A stretch of 64,000 nucleotides of DNA from a bacterium (GTDB lineage: Bacteria > Desulfobacterota > DSWW01). The position numbers were made by a program, and so were the translations under genes. The DNA is taken from contig JBFLZG010000033.1 in the NCBI GenBank assembly GCA_040756235.1, positions 1 to 64,000 on the forward strand, given 5' to 3'. Under the pieces are notes generated by a model that was not told where the DNA came from, made no database searches, and saw only the letters and a program-made list of their open reading frames with translations. Positions within the stretch are counted from its first letter, which is position 1. Each line of letters starts with the position of its first letter. Of this stretch, positions 21,293-30,726 are shown in pieces.

Positions 21293-22278
21293 AAAGGGGT
21301 ATCCAACGACTGTTTCTCATCCTGGCGGCGGCGGCGGTCCTCGCGATCCTGAGCGCGTTCTATACGTTGGAGGAGGGCCGGCAAGCGATCGTCCTGCAGT
21401 TCGGCAGGCCCGTGGGAGAGACGGTGACCGAGGCGGGGTTGCACGTCAAGCTTCCCTTCATCCAGGAGGTTCGGCGTTTCGAGAAGCGTCTGCTCATCTG
21501 GGACGGGGACCCGAACCAGATCCCTACGAAGGGGCGTGAGTTCATCTGGGTGGATGCCACGGCGCGCTGGCGCATCGCCGATGCGAGAAGATTCCTGGAG
21601 AATGTGGAAAATGAAGCCGGGGCTCAGTCCCGTCTGGACGACATCATCGACTCCGTGGTGCGGGACCAGGTTTCGAGCAGCGAGCTCATCGAGCTCGTCC
21701 GGAGCGCTTCGTGGAGGGTCCCCGAGGAGGCCCTGGAGGAGGTGGCGGAGGAACGGGAGAAGGAGATCAAGAAGCAGGTCACCCGCGGTCGTGAGGAGAT
21801 CACCCGAACCATCCTGTCCGAGGCCCGCAAGATCATTCCTCAGTACGGGATCGACCTTGTGGACGTGCGCATCAAGCGGCTCGACTACGTGGAGACCGTC
21901 CGGGAGAGGGTTTACGCCCGGATGATCTCCGAGCGCCAGCGCGTCGCCGCGGAATTCCGCTCGGAAGGAGAAGGGAGGAGCGCCGAGATACTCGGGGAGA
22001 TGGGAAAGGAGCTGCGGAGTATCCGCTCGAGCGCCTACCGGAGGGTGCAGGAGATCCACGGCAAGGCCGACGCGGAGGCGACTCGGATTTACGCCCAAGC
22101 CTACGGGCGCAACCCCGAGTTCCACGCCTTCCTGCTGACCCTGGAGGCGTACAAGGAGAAGTCGAACGAGAACTCCGTGGCGGTCATCACCACCGAGAGC
22201 GAATTCTACCGGTACTTGAAGCAAGCCTTCCCGGGCGGGCAGCCTCCCCGGCCCCCCGACGGTCGAGCGGGGAGATGA
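21289..22278 (+). CDS. hflC: FtsH protease modulator HflC
   Basis: GLHVKLPFIQ, DVRIKR, RMISERQRVA..FRSEG, GKADAEATRIYA.AY..PEF; GTGA overlap with hflK. Confidence 0.92.
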   Translation: MKRGIQRLFLILAAAAVLAILSAFYTLEEGRQAIVLQFGRPVGETVTEAGLHVKLPFIQEVRRFEKRLLIWDGDPNQIPTKGREFIWVDATARWRIADARRFLENVENEAGAQSRLDDIIDSVVRDQVSSSELIELVRSASWRVPEEALEEVAEEREKEIKKQVTRGREEITRTILSEARKIIPQYGIDLVDVRIKRLDYVETVRERVYARMISERQRVAAEFRSEGEGRSAEILGEMGKELRSIRSSAYRRVQEIHGKADAEATRIYAQAYGRNPEFHAFLLTLEAYKEKSNENSVAVITTESEFYRYLKQAFPGGQPPRPPDGRAGR

Positions 22279-22520
22279 GAGACGCGGTCCCGAGATTGCG
22301 GGTTCAGCCGCATGAACGCCGAACAATCAGGCCTGAAGGCCTCGTCGAGAAAACGTAAGAAGTGAGTTCAGACCTCCAACGAGGGGCCTGCAATCCACGT
22401 GTGAACGCAGCATGGGTTGCCTCCTAAGCGGTCGGCGTGGAGCATGTCCGATGCTTGGGGTCAGCCTGCAACCGGGGCGGCGAGCATCCTCGCATAAGCG
22501 CTTTCGCCTCGCTGGGCCCA

Positions 22521-23210
22521 TCACTTTCGGGAACGCACCGCGAAAGCCCGCTTGTTCGCGTAGCCGCCGCCCCAGACCTCCACGGTCCCGCCGAAGCTGA
22601 AGCCCGATGTCGAGGAAGGGTTCTTCATCTCTCCGGACCACACGTAATTTCCACTTGTCTTGAAAGACGCAGGCAGACGGCGTCGGTCCGCTCCCCGTTC
22701 ATAGAGCATGCTCAGCTCCGCCTGGGTCGGCATGCGCCATCCTCCGCCAGCGGCAGAAAGGTCTGAAACCCAAGCAGAAGCCTGCTCCCAGGTTGTCTCG
22801 GTATCCGGCCCCATGTACCACTCGAGCCCTGTCCTGGAATCACGGATCACGCCTTCCGCCGAGACCGTGTATCGGATCACCATCGGGGACGGGAGCAGTT
22901 TTGTCTGACCTCGCGGCCCGCTCTCTACGGTCAGGCTGTCCTCGGTCGACCATTCCTGCGACGAAACCTTCAAGACATAGGCCGATTTGCGAAAGAGCCC
23001 GTCCAAGCGAAACGTTCCGTCCGGGCCCGTGGTGGTCTCGAGCTCCCCGTACCCCTCGATCGGCTGCACCTGTCTGGCGATCACCCTCAGCTCGGCGAGC
23101 GGTCCCCCTTGCCCGTCGACCACCACGCCTTCCAGGGCTGATTGTCTCCCACACCCCGAGGAGACCAAGCCTAACAGCACCACGCAGACCAATCCTCTGA
23201 GGTTCTGCAT
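22521..23210 (-). CDS. Lipoprotein with carboxypeptidase-regulatory-like domain and DUF1566 (Lcl C-terminal) domain
   Basis: Lipobox SSGC; GVVVD..G.PL, TT..DG.F; D.RTGLEW..TWEQA..WRMPT..EL..AVR. Confidence 0.75.
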   Translation of the reverse strand: MQNLRGLVCVVLLGLVSSGCGRQSALEGVVVDGQGGPLAELRVIARQVQPIEGYGELETTTGPDGTFRLDGLFRKSAYVLKVSSQEWSTEDSLTVESGPRGQTKLLPSPMVIRYTVSAEGVIRDSRTGLEWYMGPDTETTWEQASAWVSDLSAAGGGWRMPTQAELSMLYERGADRRRLPASFKTSGNYVWSGEMKNPSSTSGFSFGGTVEVWGGGYANKRAFAVRSRK

Positions 23211-23407
23211 CGCTCCTTCCCCAACCGTTTCATCGTCGGCTTTTCTCGTCGTGGCTCAGATTCAGGGACACAATAGGGGAAGAGTAATGGGGTGTAAAGG
23301 AAATAGAAGCTGGAAGATTACAGGGCGACGCATGCGTCGCCCCTACAGGAAAGCGGCCCGCCCCGAGCCGAGCGCGGCAGATGGGCGTTCTTCAGCAGCC
23401 TGTCAGA

Positions 23408-24703
23408 TTAGCCGCAGAGCCAGATCTCCCTCGGCAAGTCCACGCCGATCAGCTCCAGCCCCTTGTCAGTCATGAGCCAGATGTCTTCGGGCATGTTCCC
23501 GTAGAACACCAGGTCGGTGCCGTAACAGCCGACCTCCACACACAAGGTCATTCCGGGCACGAGCTCGGTCAGGTCGTTGTCGGCGAGCCAGGGCGGCTCG
23601 TGATTGAGCGTTCCGATTCCGTGCCCCACGAACTCGATCGGGATGGCCTGGTTCCAGTCCTGACGGTAGGTCTCCTTCTCCGCCAGCTTGAAGACGTCGC
23701 AGCCCCGCATCCCGGAATGGATGTTGTGCACCGTGTTCAGGTAGGCGTCACGCCCCCACCTGGAAAGATCGGCAAGCTTGGGGGGCAGCTTGTCGCCCAC
23801 GTAGAAACAGCGCTGCAGGTCGGTCCAGTACCCCTTGTAGGAGGGCCCGCAGTCAGAGAAGCCCTGGTCGCCTTTGCGGATCACGCGATCGTAGAACGGG
23901 GTCGTCACGATGCGCCACTTGCCGGGCCCGTCGCTGCCGCACAGGAACAGCACGGGGTTGCTCATGCAGGGTGTCTCGAACATGCCTTCTTTCACCCATT
24001 CCTCCCAGATCACGCGGTGCACCTCCCGCTCGGTCACGCCCGGACGGATCGCCATCCATCCCTTCTCCAGCACGCGCCGCGACTTGTCGCACATCTGCCG
24101 CATGAGCGCGACCTCCCAGTCGGTCTTGACCATCTTCTGCTCCCAGAGCACTTGGTCGGCGCTGACGAATCTGGCGTTGGGCAGGCGCGCTTCGATCTGA
24201 CGGATCTCGTCCAGACCCACCTGCAGGATGTGGTGAGGCCCGTACTCCATCCCGATCACCTTGTTGTCCAGGTGCAGCGAGACCAGGGTGTCCACGAGCA
24301 CGTCCACGAAGCGGACGGGGAAGCGCCAGGCCTTGACGCCGCACCAGTAGCGGCAGTCCCGGATCCAGGTGGTCTTGCGCACGTTGCTGTCCAGGACCGA
24401 TTCCCCCACGAACACCGGGTCGTGTTCCTGGGACACGATGATGCAGTGCCGCCAGCGGTCCGTGAACATGAGGGCCGCATCCCGGTAGCCGCCGTAGTAG
24501 TACTTGTCCTCCTCGGCGAACAGCAGCAGGGCATCGACGCCATGCCCGGCGAGTAGCTTCCTGGCCTTGGCGATCCTCAGATCGAACTCCTCTCGCGGGA
24601 TGTGGGGGCTGAAATCCTCGGGGCCATCCGATTGCTCCCACGCGACGCCTTCCTGCTCGATCCAGTGGTCCTTGGAAAGATGGGTTTTTTCTTGCTTCAC
24701 CAT
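23408..24703 (-). CDS. Xaa-Pro peptidase family (M24) metalloenzyme
   Basis: Creatinase-N domain; metal ligands in SDCG..GYWTD, GHGIG..HEPP, CVEVG, MPED. Confidence 0.85.
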   Translation of the reverse strand: MVKQEKTHLSKDHWIEQEGVAWEQSDGPEDFSPHIPREEFDLRIAKARKLLAGHGVDALLLFAEEDKYYYGGYRDAALMFTDRWRHCIIVSQEHDPVFVGESVLDSNVRKTTWIRDCRYWCGVKAWRFPVRFVDVLVDTLVSLHLDNKVIGMEYGPHHILQVGLDEIRQIEARLPNARFVSADQVLWEQKMVKTDWEVALMRQMCDKSRRVLEKGWMAIRPGVTEREVHRVIWEEWVKEGMFETPCMSNPVLFLCGSDGPGKWRIVTTPFYDRVIRKGDQGFSDCGPSYKGYWTDLQRCFYVGDKLPPKLADLSRWGRDAYLNTVHNIHSGMRGCDVFKLAEKETYRQDWNQAIPIEFVGHGIGTLNHEPPWLADNDLTELVPGMTLCVEVGCYGTDLVFYGNMPEDIWLMTDKGLELIGVDLPREIWLCG

Positions 24704-24737
24704 GTGCTTCCCTCCTCTCGTCGTGGGTATAACCGGC

Positions 24738-25403
24738 TTACTTGAGGTGCATACCCTTTTCGAGGATGGCGAGCTCCGCTTGAACGAGGTCCTCCAGGGC
24801 GACGCCCGACTGCTTGAGATAGCCCCTCTTGTGGATGTAGAGGGCTCCCTCGATCACGCTCCACAGGGCCAGGGTCGTGGTGTTTCGGTCCGTGCGTGCC
24901 GGGAGGGACCCCTCGCGAACGGCTTCCTCGACAACGCTTCCCAGAAGGGAGAGCATGGCGGAAGAGAGCCGCTCGAGCTTGCGGCGCTGGTCCTTCGAGA
25001 GAGCGACCTTCTTGAAGCCCATGTCCTTGAAGGAAAGGATGTCGAAGTACTCCGGGTACCCCGTATAGAACCTGACGTAAGCCGCCGCCATGGCCTTGAG
25101 CTTGTCTCTGGCCCTGCCTGGGGTCGAGGCCGCCTTCTCGAGCAGGCCGATCCCGATCCCGAAAGCCTCCTCGCAAATCCGGCCGTAGATCTCGTCCTTT
25201 CCCCTGCAAAAATAGAAGTAGATCAGGCCCGGGGACATGCGGGCTTCGAGGGCGATGGTGCGAATGGAGGTGCCCAGGTACCCCTTCTCCAGGAACGCCC
25301 TCCTGGCCGCTTCCAGAATCCTCGCCTTCTGCGCGTCGAGATCTGACGGACTGCACCGGGCTGCAACCCGCTTGCGTTGACCCATCTCTTCTTGCTTCCC
25401 CAT
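24738..25403 (-). CDS. TetR/AcrR family transcriptional regulator
   Basis: RILEAARRAFLEKGY..TSIRTIA..A..SPGLIYFYF..KDEI. Confidence 0.9.
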   Translation of the reverse strand: MGKQEEMGQRKRVAARCSPSDLDAQKARILEAARRAFLEKGYLGTSIRTIALEARMSPGLIYFYFCRGKDEIYGRICEEAFGIGIGLLEKAASTPGRARDKLKAMAAAYVRFYTGYPEYFDILSFKDMGFKKVALSKDQRRKLERLSSAMLSLLGSVVEEAVREGSLPARTDRNTTTLALWSVIEGALYIHKRGYLKQSGVALEDLVQAELAILEKGMHLK

Positions 25404-25436
25404 GCGTCGGGGGGGGACCGGATGGCGATGGGAGGC

Positions 25437-25465
25437 AGGTTATTGAACACTGTTCAACAAGTCAA
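25437..25465 (-). promoter_or_regulatory. Sigma70 promoter with a palindromic operator in its spacer
   Basis: Minus strand TTGACT-17 nt-TAACCT; the spacer contains the perfect inverted repeat TTGAACA-C-TGTTCAA (25443-25457). Confidence 0.75.
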
Positions 25466-25550
25466 GAAAAATCTGCGCGGCAGCGGGCGTGAGCGGGGTT
25501 GAGGGCCTCCTCGCCCGGACCCTCGACGGGCGATTCGGCAGCCGGGCCGA

Positions 25551-26966
25551 TCAGAACTCGGCGTTCCCGGGGGTGCGCGGGAAGGGAATCACGTCGCGGA
25601 TGTTGGCCATGCCCGTGACGTACTGAACGAGACGCTCGAAGCCGAGCCCGAAGCCCGCATGCGGCACCGTGCCGAAGCGCCGAAGGTCCAGGTACCAGCG
25701 ATAGGATGGGAGGTTCAGGCCCGCTTCCGCGATTCTCTGCGCCAGCCCCTCCTCCCGGTGCTCCCTCTGGCTTCCGCCGATGATCTCACCGGTCCGGGGC
25801 ACGAGGACGTCCATGGCGCCGACGGTCTTGTCGTCGTCGTTGAGGAACATGTAGAACGGCTTGATCGATCTGGGATAGTCGTACACGATCACGGGACCTT
25901 CGAAGACCTGCTCGGTCAGGTGCCGCTCGTGCTCGGTCTGCAGATCGAGCCCCCACTCGACCGGGAAGGCGAAGGCTTCGCCGGAGCGCTGCAGGATCCC
26001 GATCGCCTCCGTGTAGGAGACGCGTCGAAACGGCGTGCGGACCACCTTTTCCAGGGCCTCGCGAATTCCCGGCTGGATGCGCTCCTCGAAGAAGGCCATG
26101 TCCTCGGCGCACTCGGACAGCGCGGCCCCCAGGAGATGCTTGAGGAAGGCCTCGGCCACCTCCATGTCCCCCTCGAGGTCGCAGAAGACCATCTCCGGCT
26201 CGACCATCCAGAACTCGGCCAGGTGCCGGGGCGTGTTGGAGTTCTCCGCGCGGAAGGTGGGTCCGAAGGTGTAGACGTCACCGAGGCCGCAGGCGAGCGC
26301 TTCGGCCTCGAGCTGGCCGCTGACGGTCAGGAAGGCGGGCTTGCCGAAGAAGTCTTCCTGAGAGCCGGGCTGCGAGCCGCACGGAGATTCGCAGCGCGAC
26401 CCGCTTTCGACCTTCAAAGCTTCCGCACCGAGGGTGGTCACGCGGAAGAGCTGGCCGGCTCCTTCGCAGTCGCTCGCCGTGATGAGGGGCGTCTGGATGT
26501 AGAGAAAGCCGCGTTCCTGGAAGAAGTCGTGGACCGCCCTGGCGAGCACGTTGCGGACCCGGAACACGGCGCCGAAGGTGTTGGTCCTGCCCCTGAGGTG
26601 TGCGATCTCCCGGAGGAACTCGAATGAGTGGTGCTTCTTCTGCAAGGGGTACTGCTCCGGATCCAGCCACCCGATAACCCGGAGCCGGGCCGCCCGCAGC
26701 TCCACCGCCTGCTCCCGGCCCGGAGACTCCACGATCGGCCCCTCTGCCTCGATGCTGCACCCGGCGGTCAGGCGCTGGATCTCGGCATAGTTGGGCAGCG
26801 CCTTGTCCGCCAGAACCTGGAGGTTGGCCATGGAGGAGCCGTCGTTGACGGCCAGGAACGAGAACCCCGCCTTGGACTCTCTTTTCGTGCGGAGCCATCC
26901 CTTGACCGTGACCGGCTCGGGCCCGGGGGGCCTCTTGAGAGCCTCACGAACTCTGATTCGCGCCAT
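25551..26966 (-). CDS. asnS: Asparagine--tRNA ligase
   Basis: [56 protein letters not shown]. Confidence 0.96.
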   Translation of the reverse strand: MARIRVREALKRPPGPEPVTVKGWLRTKRESKAGFSFLAVNDGSSMANLQVLADKALPNYAEIQRLTAGCSIEAEGPIVESPGREQAVELRAARLRVIGWLDPEQYPLQKKHHSFEFLREIAHLRGRTNTFGAVFRVRNVLARAVHDFFQERGFLYIQTPLITASDCEGAGQLFRVTTLGAEALKVESGSRCESPCGSQPGSQEDFFGKPAFLTVSGQLEAEALACGLGDVYTFGPTFRAENSNTPRHLAEFWMVEPEMVFCDLEGDMEVAEAFLKHLLGAALSECAEDMAFFEERIQPGIREALEKVVRTPFRRVSYTEAIGILQRSGEAFAFPVEWGLDLQTEHERHLTEQVFEGPVIVYDYPRSIKPFYMFLNDDDKTVGAMDVLVPRTGEIIGGSQREHREEGLAQRIAEAGLNLPSYRWYLDLRRFGTVPHAGFGLGFERLVQYVTGMANIRDVIPFPRTPGNAEF

Positions 26967-27126
26967 CACGCATCCTCCGCTCTTCCCGATCCGGGAGTAG
27001 AGCCAGCCGTCCTCTCATGAAGAGATCCATACGAGGGCGAAAAGGTTGCCGCTCCGAGGCAAAGCAAAGGGAAAAGTCGAGGCATGGCTCTATTCTTTCT
27101 CTATATGCCTCTTCCTCTTGCCTTTC

Positions 27127-27660
27127 AACCTTGTCTATACTTGTGAGACCTATGGCCTGGAAAAGGTGGCCAGGTACTGGGAAACGGTGCTGGAGATCAA
27201 CGATTGGCAGGAGACACGTTTCATCCAGAACATGTTGAGCAATATGTTCAACACCGTGGCCGGAAAGAGGATCGCCCTTTTCGGATTCGCCTTCAAGGCG
27301 AATACAGGGGACACCCGGGAGTCTCCTGCCATCTATATCGCCCAGGGCTTGTTGGAGGAGCAGGCGGAACTGGTGGTCACGGATCCCAAGGCCATCGAAA
27401 ATGCGAGGAAGAACCTAAAGAATTTTGAGGGAGCCGTCACCTTCGAGTCAGACCCCTATAAGGCCGCTCAGGGCGCTCATGCCATTGCTGTCCTTACCGA
27501 GTGGGACATTTACAGGGACCTTGACTACCAGCGCATTTTCGAGTCCATGGCCCAGCCGGCTTTTCTCTTTGACGGACGGAACATCCTGGATCATCGAAAG
27601 CTCTTCGAAATCGGGTTTCATGTCTTTGCCATCGGCAAGGCCCCCTTGAAGCACTTCTAG
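27127..27660 (+). pseudogene. 5'-truncated UDP-glucose 6-dehydrogenase (C-terminal part only)
   Basis: NLVY.CE.YGL..VA.YW..V, GFAFKANTGDTRESPA, VLTEW, FDGRNIL; N-terminal NAD-binding domain and catalytic GGSC absent. Confidence 0.8.
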
Positions 27661-27666
27661 CCGGGT

Positions 27667-30600
27667 CTAACGAGGCTTCGCCTCAGACCTCGGACTTCCG
27701 TCCAACAGCCGCCGGAGCGCCCCGCGCGCGTCCTCTACGAACGTATAGAACAGCGGGACCACGAAGAGCGTCAGGACCGTCGCCACGGTCAGGCCTCCCA
27801 TGACCGCCTTGGCAAGAGGCGCGAACATCACCACTCCGCCGATGTTCGATCCGCCCAGAGCCAGCGGGAGAAGGCCAAGGATGGTGGTCGCAGCCGTCAT
27901 GAGGACGGGCCGCAGCCGGTCCACCCCGGCCTGAAGGATCGCCCCTTCCAGGCTCGACCCGGAGCCACGCAGAAGATTGATATGGTCCACGATCACGATG
28001 GCGTTCTTCACCACGATGCCCACCATGAGAATCAGGCCGATGAAGGCCGCCACGTCCATGGCCGTGCCGGTCAGGTACATGACCCAATAGGACCCGATCA
28101 GGGCCAGGGGCACCGAGGTGAGGATCGTGAAGGGGTGGGCGTAGGACTCATAGAGCGCGCCCAGCAGAAAGTAGACGAGCACGATCGAAAGGAGGATGGC
28201 GCTCACGAAGTTCCGTTTGGTCTTCTCCAGATCGAGGATGTTCTGGCCGAGCTCGAGACGGTAGCCCGGCGGCAGAGAAAACCCTACGAGGGCCTCATCC
28301 ACGCGCTTCTTCAGAATGCTCAGGGCTTCCGAGCTCGTCTGCGCCCTCACCTTGACGATCCTCTTGCCGTCGCTCCTGTGGATCACCTTCAGGCCCGGGG
28401 CCTCCCGGAACCGGCCCACCGCGTTCACCGGCACGAGCCGGCCCTGTTCGCTCATGAGCTGCAGCCCTTCCAGACTGGCGAGGTTCTCCCTGTCCTCCTT
28501 CTCGAGCTGAATGGTGACCCCGAGCTCCCTCTCCTCCGCCTTCATTTTCTTCAGGGCATACCCGCGCAGGCCGAAGGCCACGGTCTGGGCAGCCACGATC
28601 GGGCTGACCCCGTACTTGCGGGCCAGAGACCGGTCCACCCGGAGCTGCATTTCGTCATATCCCGGCTCCACGTCGGTCTCGGCCCGGACCACGCCCTCCA
28701 CCTTTCTGAGGCGCCCCACCAGGTCTTCGCCGAGCGCCTCCATGACCGCCGGGTCCTCGCCCCGCAGGACGATCTCGATCTCGTTCTCCACGCTCGAGCC
28801 CGGGCCGCGCTGCTCGGGCAGCACGAATTCCACGTCCGGAATCTTCGGCAGAAGCTTCAGGATTTCCGCCTTGGCCTCTTCCGTAGCCACGCGGGCGTCC
28901 CCTTCCTCCTTGAGGAAAACGTGGATTCGGTTTCGCTCGGCCATGTAGCCGGACTGGGAGTAGAGGTGCTCGATCTCAAGTGCGGCCCGCCGGCCGTCCA
29001 GGACCTTCTCGACGGCGATCAGGGCATCCTCGATCTTTTCCCGGTCCTGGGCCCCGCGCACGCGCAGATCGATCGTCACGGTCCGCAGATCGCCGCCCGA
29101 TTCGCCCTTCTGGGGCACCCGCCGCAGGGGCACGAGGACCGTTACGATGATGAGGGCTATCAGAACCGTGGAGACCTGGCTGCGATGATGCAGGACCCAC
29201 TCGAGCTGCCGGCGGTAGTGGCCCATCATGGCAGACAGGAATCGCGAGGGCCTTTTCATGCTCAGCGGAACGCGGGCAGCCAGGGCGGGGATGAAAGTGA
29301 GGGCCACAAAGAGTGAAGCCAGAAGGGACAGGGAAATCGAGGTCCCGACCTCCCGCGTGTAGATCTTCATGACCCCGCTTTCCATGAACACCATGGGCAG
29401 GAAGACGACGATCGTGGTCAGTGTGGACGCGAGAATGGCCATCGTGACTTGCTCGCTCCCCTTGAGCGAGGATTCCCGCCGGTCCGAGCCCAGCTCCCTC
29501 AGCCGCATGATGTTCTCGGAGACGACGATCGAGTCGTCGACCAGCATCCCAACGCCGAGCATGAGGCCCACCATGCTCACGACGTTGAGCGTCATGCCGA
29601 AGAAGTACATCACGGTCACGGCCACGAGGATCGAGACCGGGATGGAGAGCGTGACGACCAGGGTGGGCAGGACCCTGCGCAGGAAAAAGAACAGCACGCA
29701 TACCGCGAAGAAGCCCCCCCACATGCCCGCGTCGCGCAGGTCCATGAAGGAGCTCAGGATGTATTCCGACTGGTCGAAGATGGTGGTGTACCGGAACCCC
29801 GCATAGCCCGGCTCCTGCGAGATCCTCTTCATCTCCTCGAGGACCGACCTGCAGACTTCGACCGTATTGGCCGTCGATTCTTTCTTGATGCCCACCATCA
29901 CGGAGTTGCGGCCGTCCATCCGGGTGATGACGCTCTGCTCGGGGTAGCCGTAATCGACCTTGGCGATGTCGCCCAACCGCAGACCCCGCTCGTTCACCGG
30001 CGTGCTCCGGAGATCTTCCAGGGTCCGGTACTCGTTGGCCAGCCTCACCAGATACCGCCTGCCCCCGTCCTGGACCTCGCCCCCTGCCAGGTTGAAGTGG
30101 TCTCGCTCGAGCCCCATCACGAGATCGTAGAGGCTCACGCCGCAAGCCTTCAGCCTCTGCTGGTCGAGGTCGATGTGCACCCGCCGGGGCTCCTGGCCCC
30201 AGACCGTGACGCTGCCGACCCCGTCGACCCTCAGCACTCTCGGCTTCACGCGGTCGTTGACCAGCTCGTACAGATCCTCCATACCCCCGTCCCAGGAGAA
30301 GCTCAGGAACATGACCTCGATGTCCGCAGAGCTGAACCTCCACACGAAATACTCCTGGCTCTCTCTGGGGAGCTGCGGCTTGAGCTTGTCCAGCCGGTCC
30401 TTGACCTCCAGGTAAGCGTAGTCCATGTCCGTTTCCCAGGAGAACTCCAGCACCAGCGTGCAGAAGCTGCCCTGGGAGAACGAGTCGACCTTTCTCAGGA
30501 ACGGCACGGTCTGGAGAAGCTCTTCGGCCGGAACGGCAACGGTCTTCTCCACCTCGGAAGGGGTCGCGTTGCGGTACGGGATCTGGATCAGGAAGTGTGG

Positions 30601-30726
30601 CCCGGATAGGTCAGGCAGGAACTCGAGAGGGATCCGGTCCGTGGTGATGCCGCCCAGGATGAACAGGGCTGCATACACCATGAGGAGCGTAACGGGCCTC
30701 CGGAGGGCCAGCCCTGCGAGGCTCAT
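27667..30726 (-). CDS. RND efflux permease (AcrB family), subunit 2
   Basis: RRPVT N-terminus; GMLVDDSIVV, GIVVKNAIV, RLRPVLMT. Confidence 0.93.
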   Translation of the reverse strand: MSLAGLALRRPVTLLMVYAALFILGGITTDRIPLEFLPDLSGPHFLIQIPYRNATPSEVEKTVAVPAEELLQTVPFLRKVDSFSQGSFCTLVLEFSWETDMDYAYLEVKDRLDKLKPQLPRESQEYFVWRFSSADIEVMFLSFSWDGGMEDLYELVNDRVKPRVLRVDGVGSVTVWGQEPRRVHIDLDQQRLKACGVSLYDLVMGLERDHFNLAGGEVQDGGRRYLVRLANEYRTLEDLRSTPVNERGLRLGDIAKVDYGYPEQSVITRMDGRNSVMVGIKKESTANTVEVCRSVLEEMKRISQEPGYAGFRYTTIFDQSEYILSSFMDLRDAGMWGGFFAVCVLFFFLRRVLPTLVVTLSIPVSILVAVTVMYFFGMTLNVVSMVGLMLGVGMLVDDSIVVSENIMRLRELGSDRRESSLKGSEQVTMAILASTLTTIVVFLPMVFMESGVMKIYTREVGTSISLSLLASLFVALTFIPALAARVPLSMKRPSRFLSAMMGHYRRQLEWVLHHRSQVSTVLIALIIVTVLVPLRRVPQKGESGGDLRTVTIDLRVRGAQDREKIEDALIAVEKVLDGRRAALEIEHLYSQSGYMAERNRIHVFLKEEGDARVATEEAKAEILKLLPKIPDVEFVLPEQRGPGSSVENEIEIVLRGEDPAVMEALGEDLVGRLRKVEGVVRAETDVEPGYDEMQLRVDRSLARKYGVSPIVAAQTVAFGLRGYALKKMKAEERELGVTIQLEKEDRENLASLEGLQLMSEQGRLVPVNAVGRFREAPGLKVIHRSDGKRIVKVRAQTSSEALSILKKRVDEALVGFSLPPGYRLELGQNILDLEKTKRNFVSAILLSIVLVYFLLGALYESYAHPFTILTSVPLALIGSYWVMYLTGTAMDVAAFIGLILMVGIVVKNAIVIVDHINLLRGSGSSLEGAILQAGVDRLRPVLMTAATTILGLLPLALGGSNIGGVVMFAPLAKAVMGGLTVATVLTLFVVPLFYTFVEDARGALRRLLDGSPRSEAKPR

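Noticed and set aside
20252..22278. hflKC without hflX/ftsH as unusual
   Set aside because: Stand-alone hflKC pairs are common.
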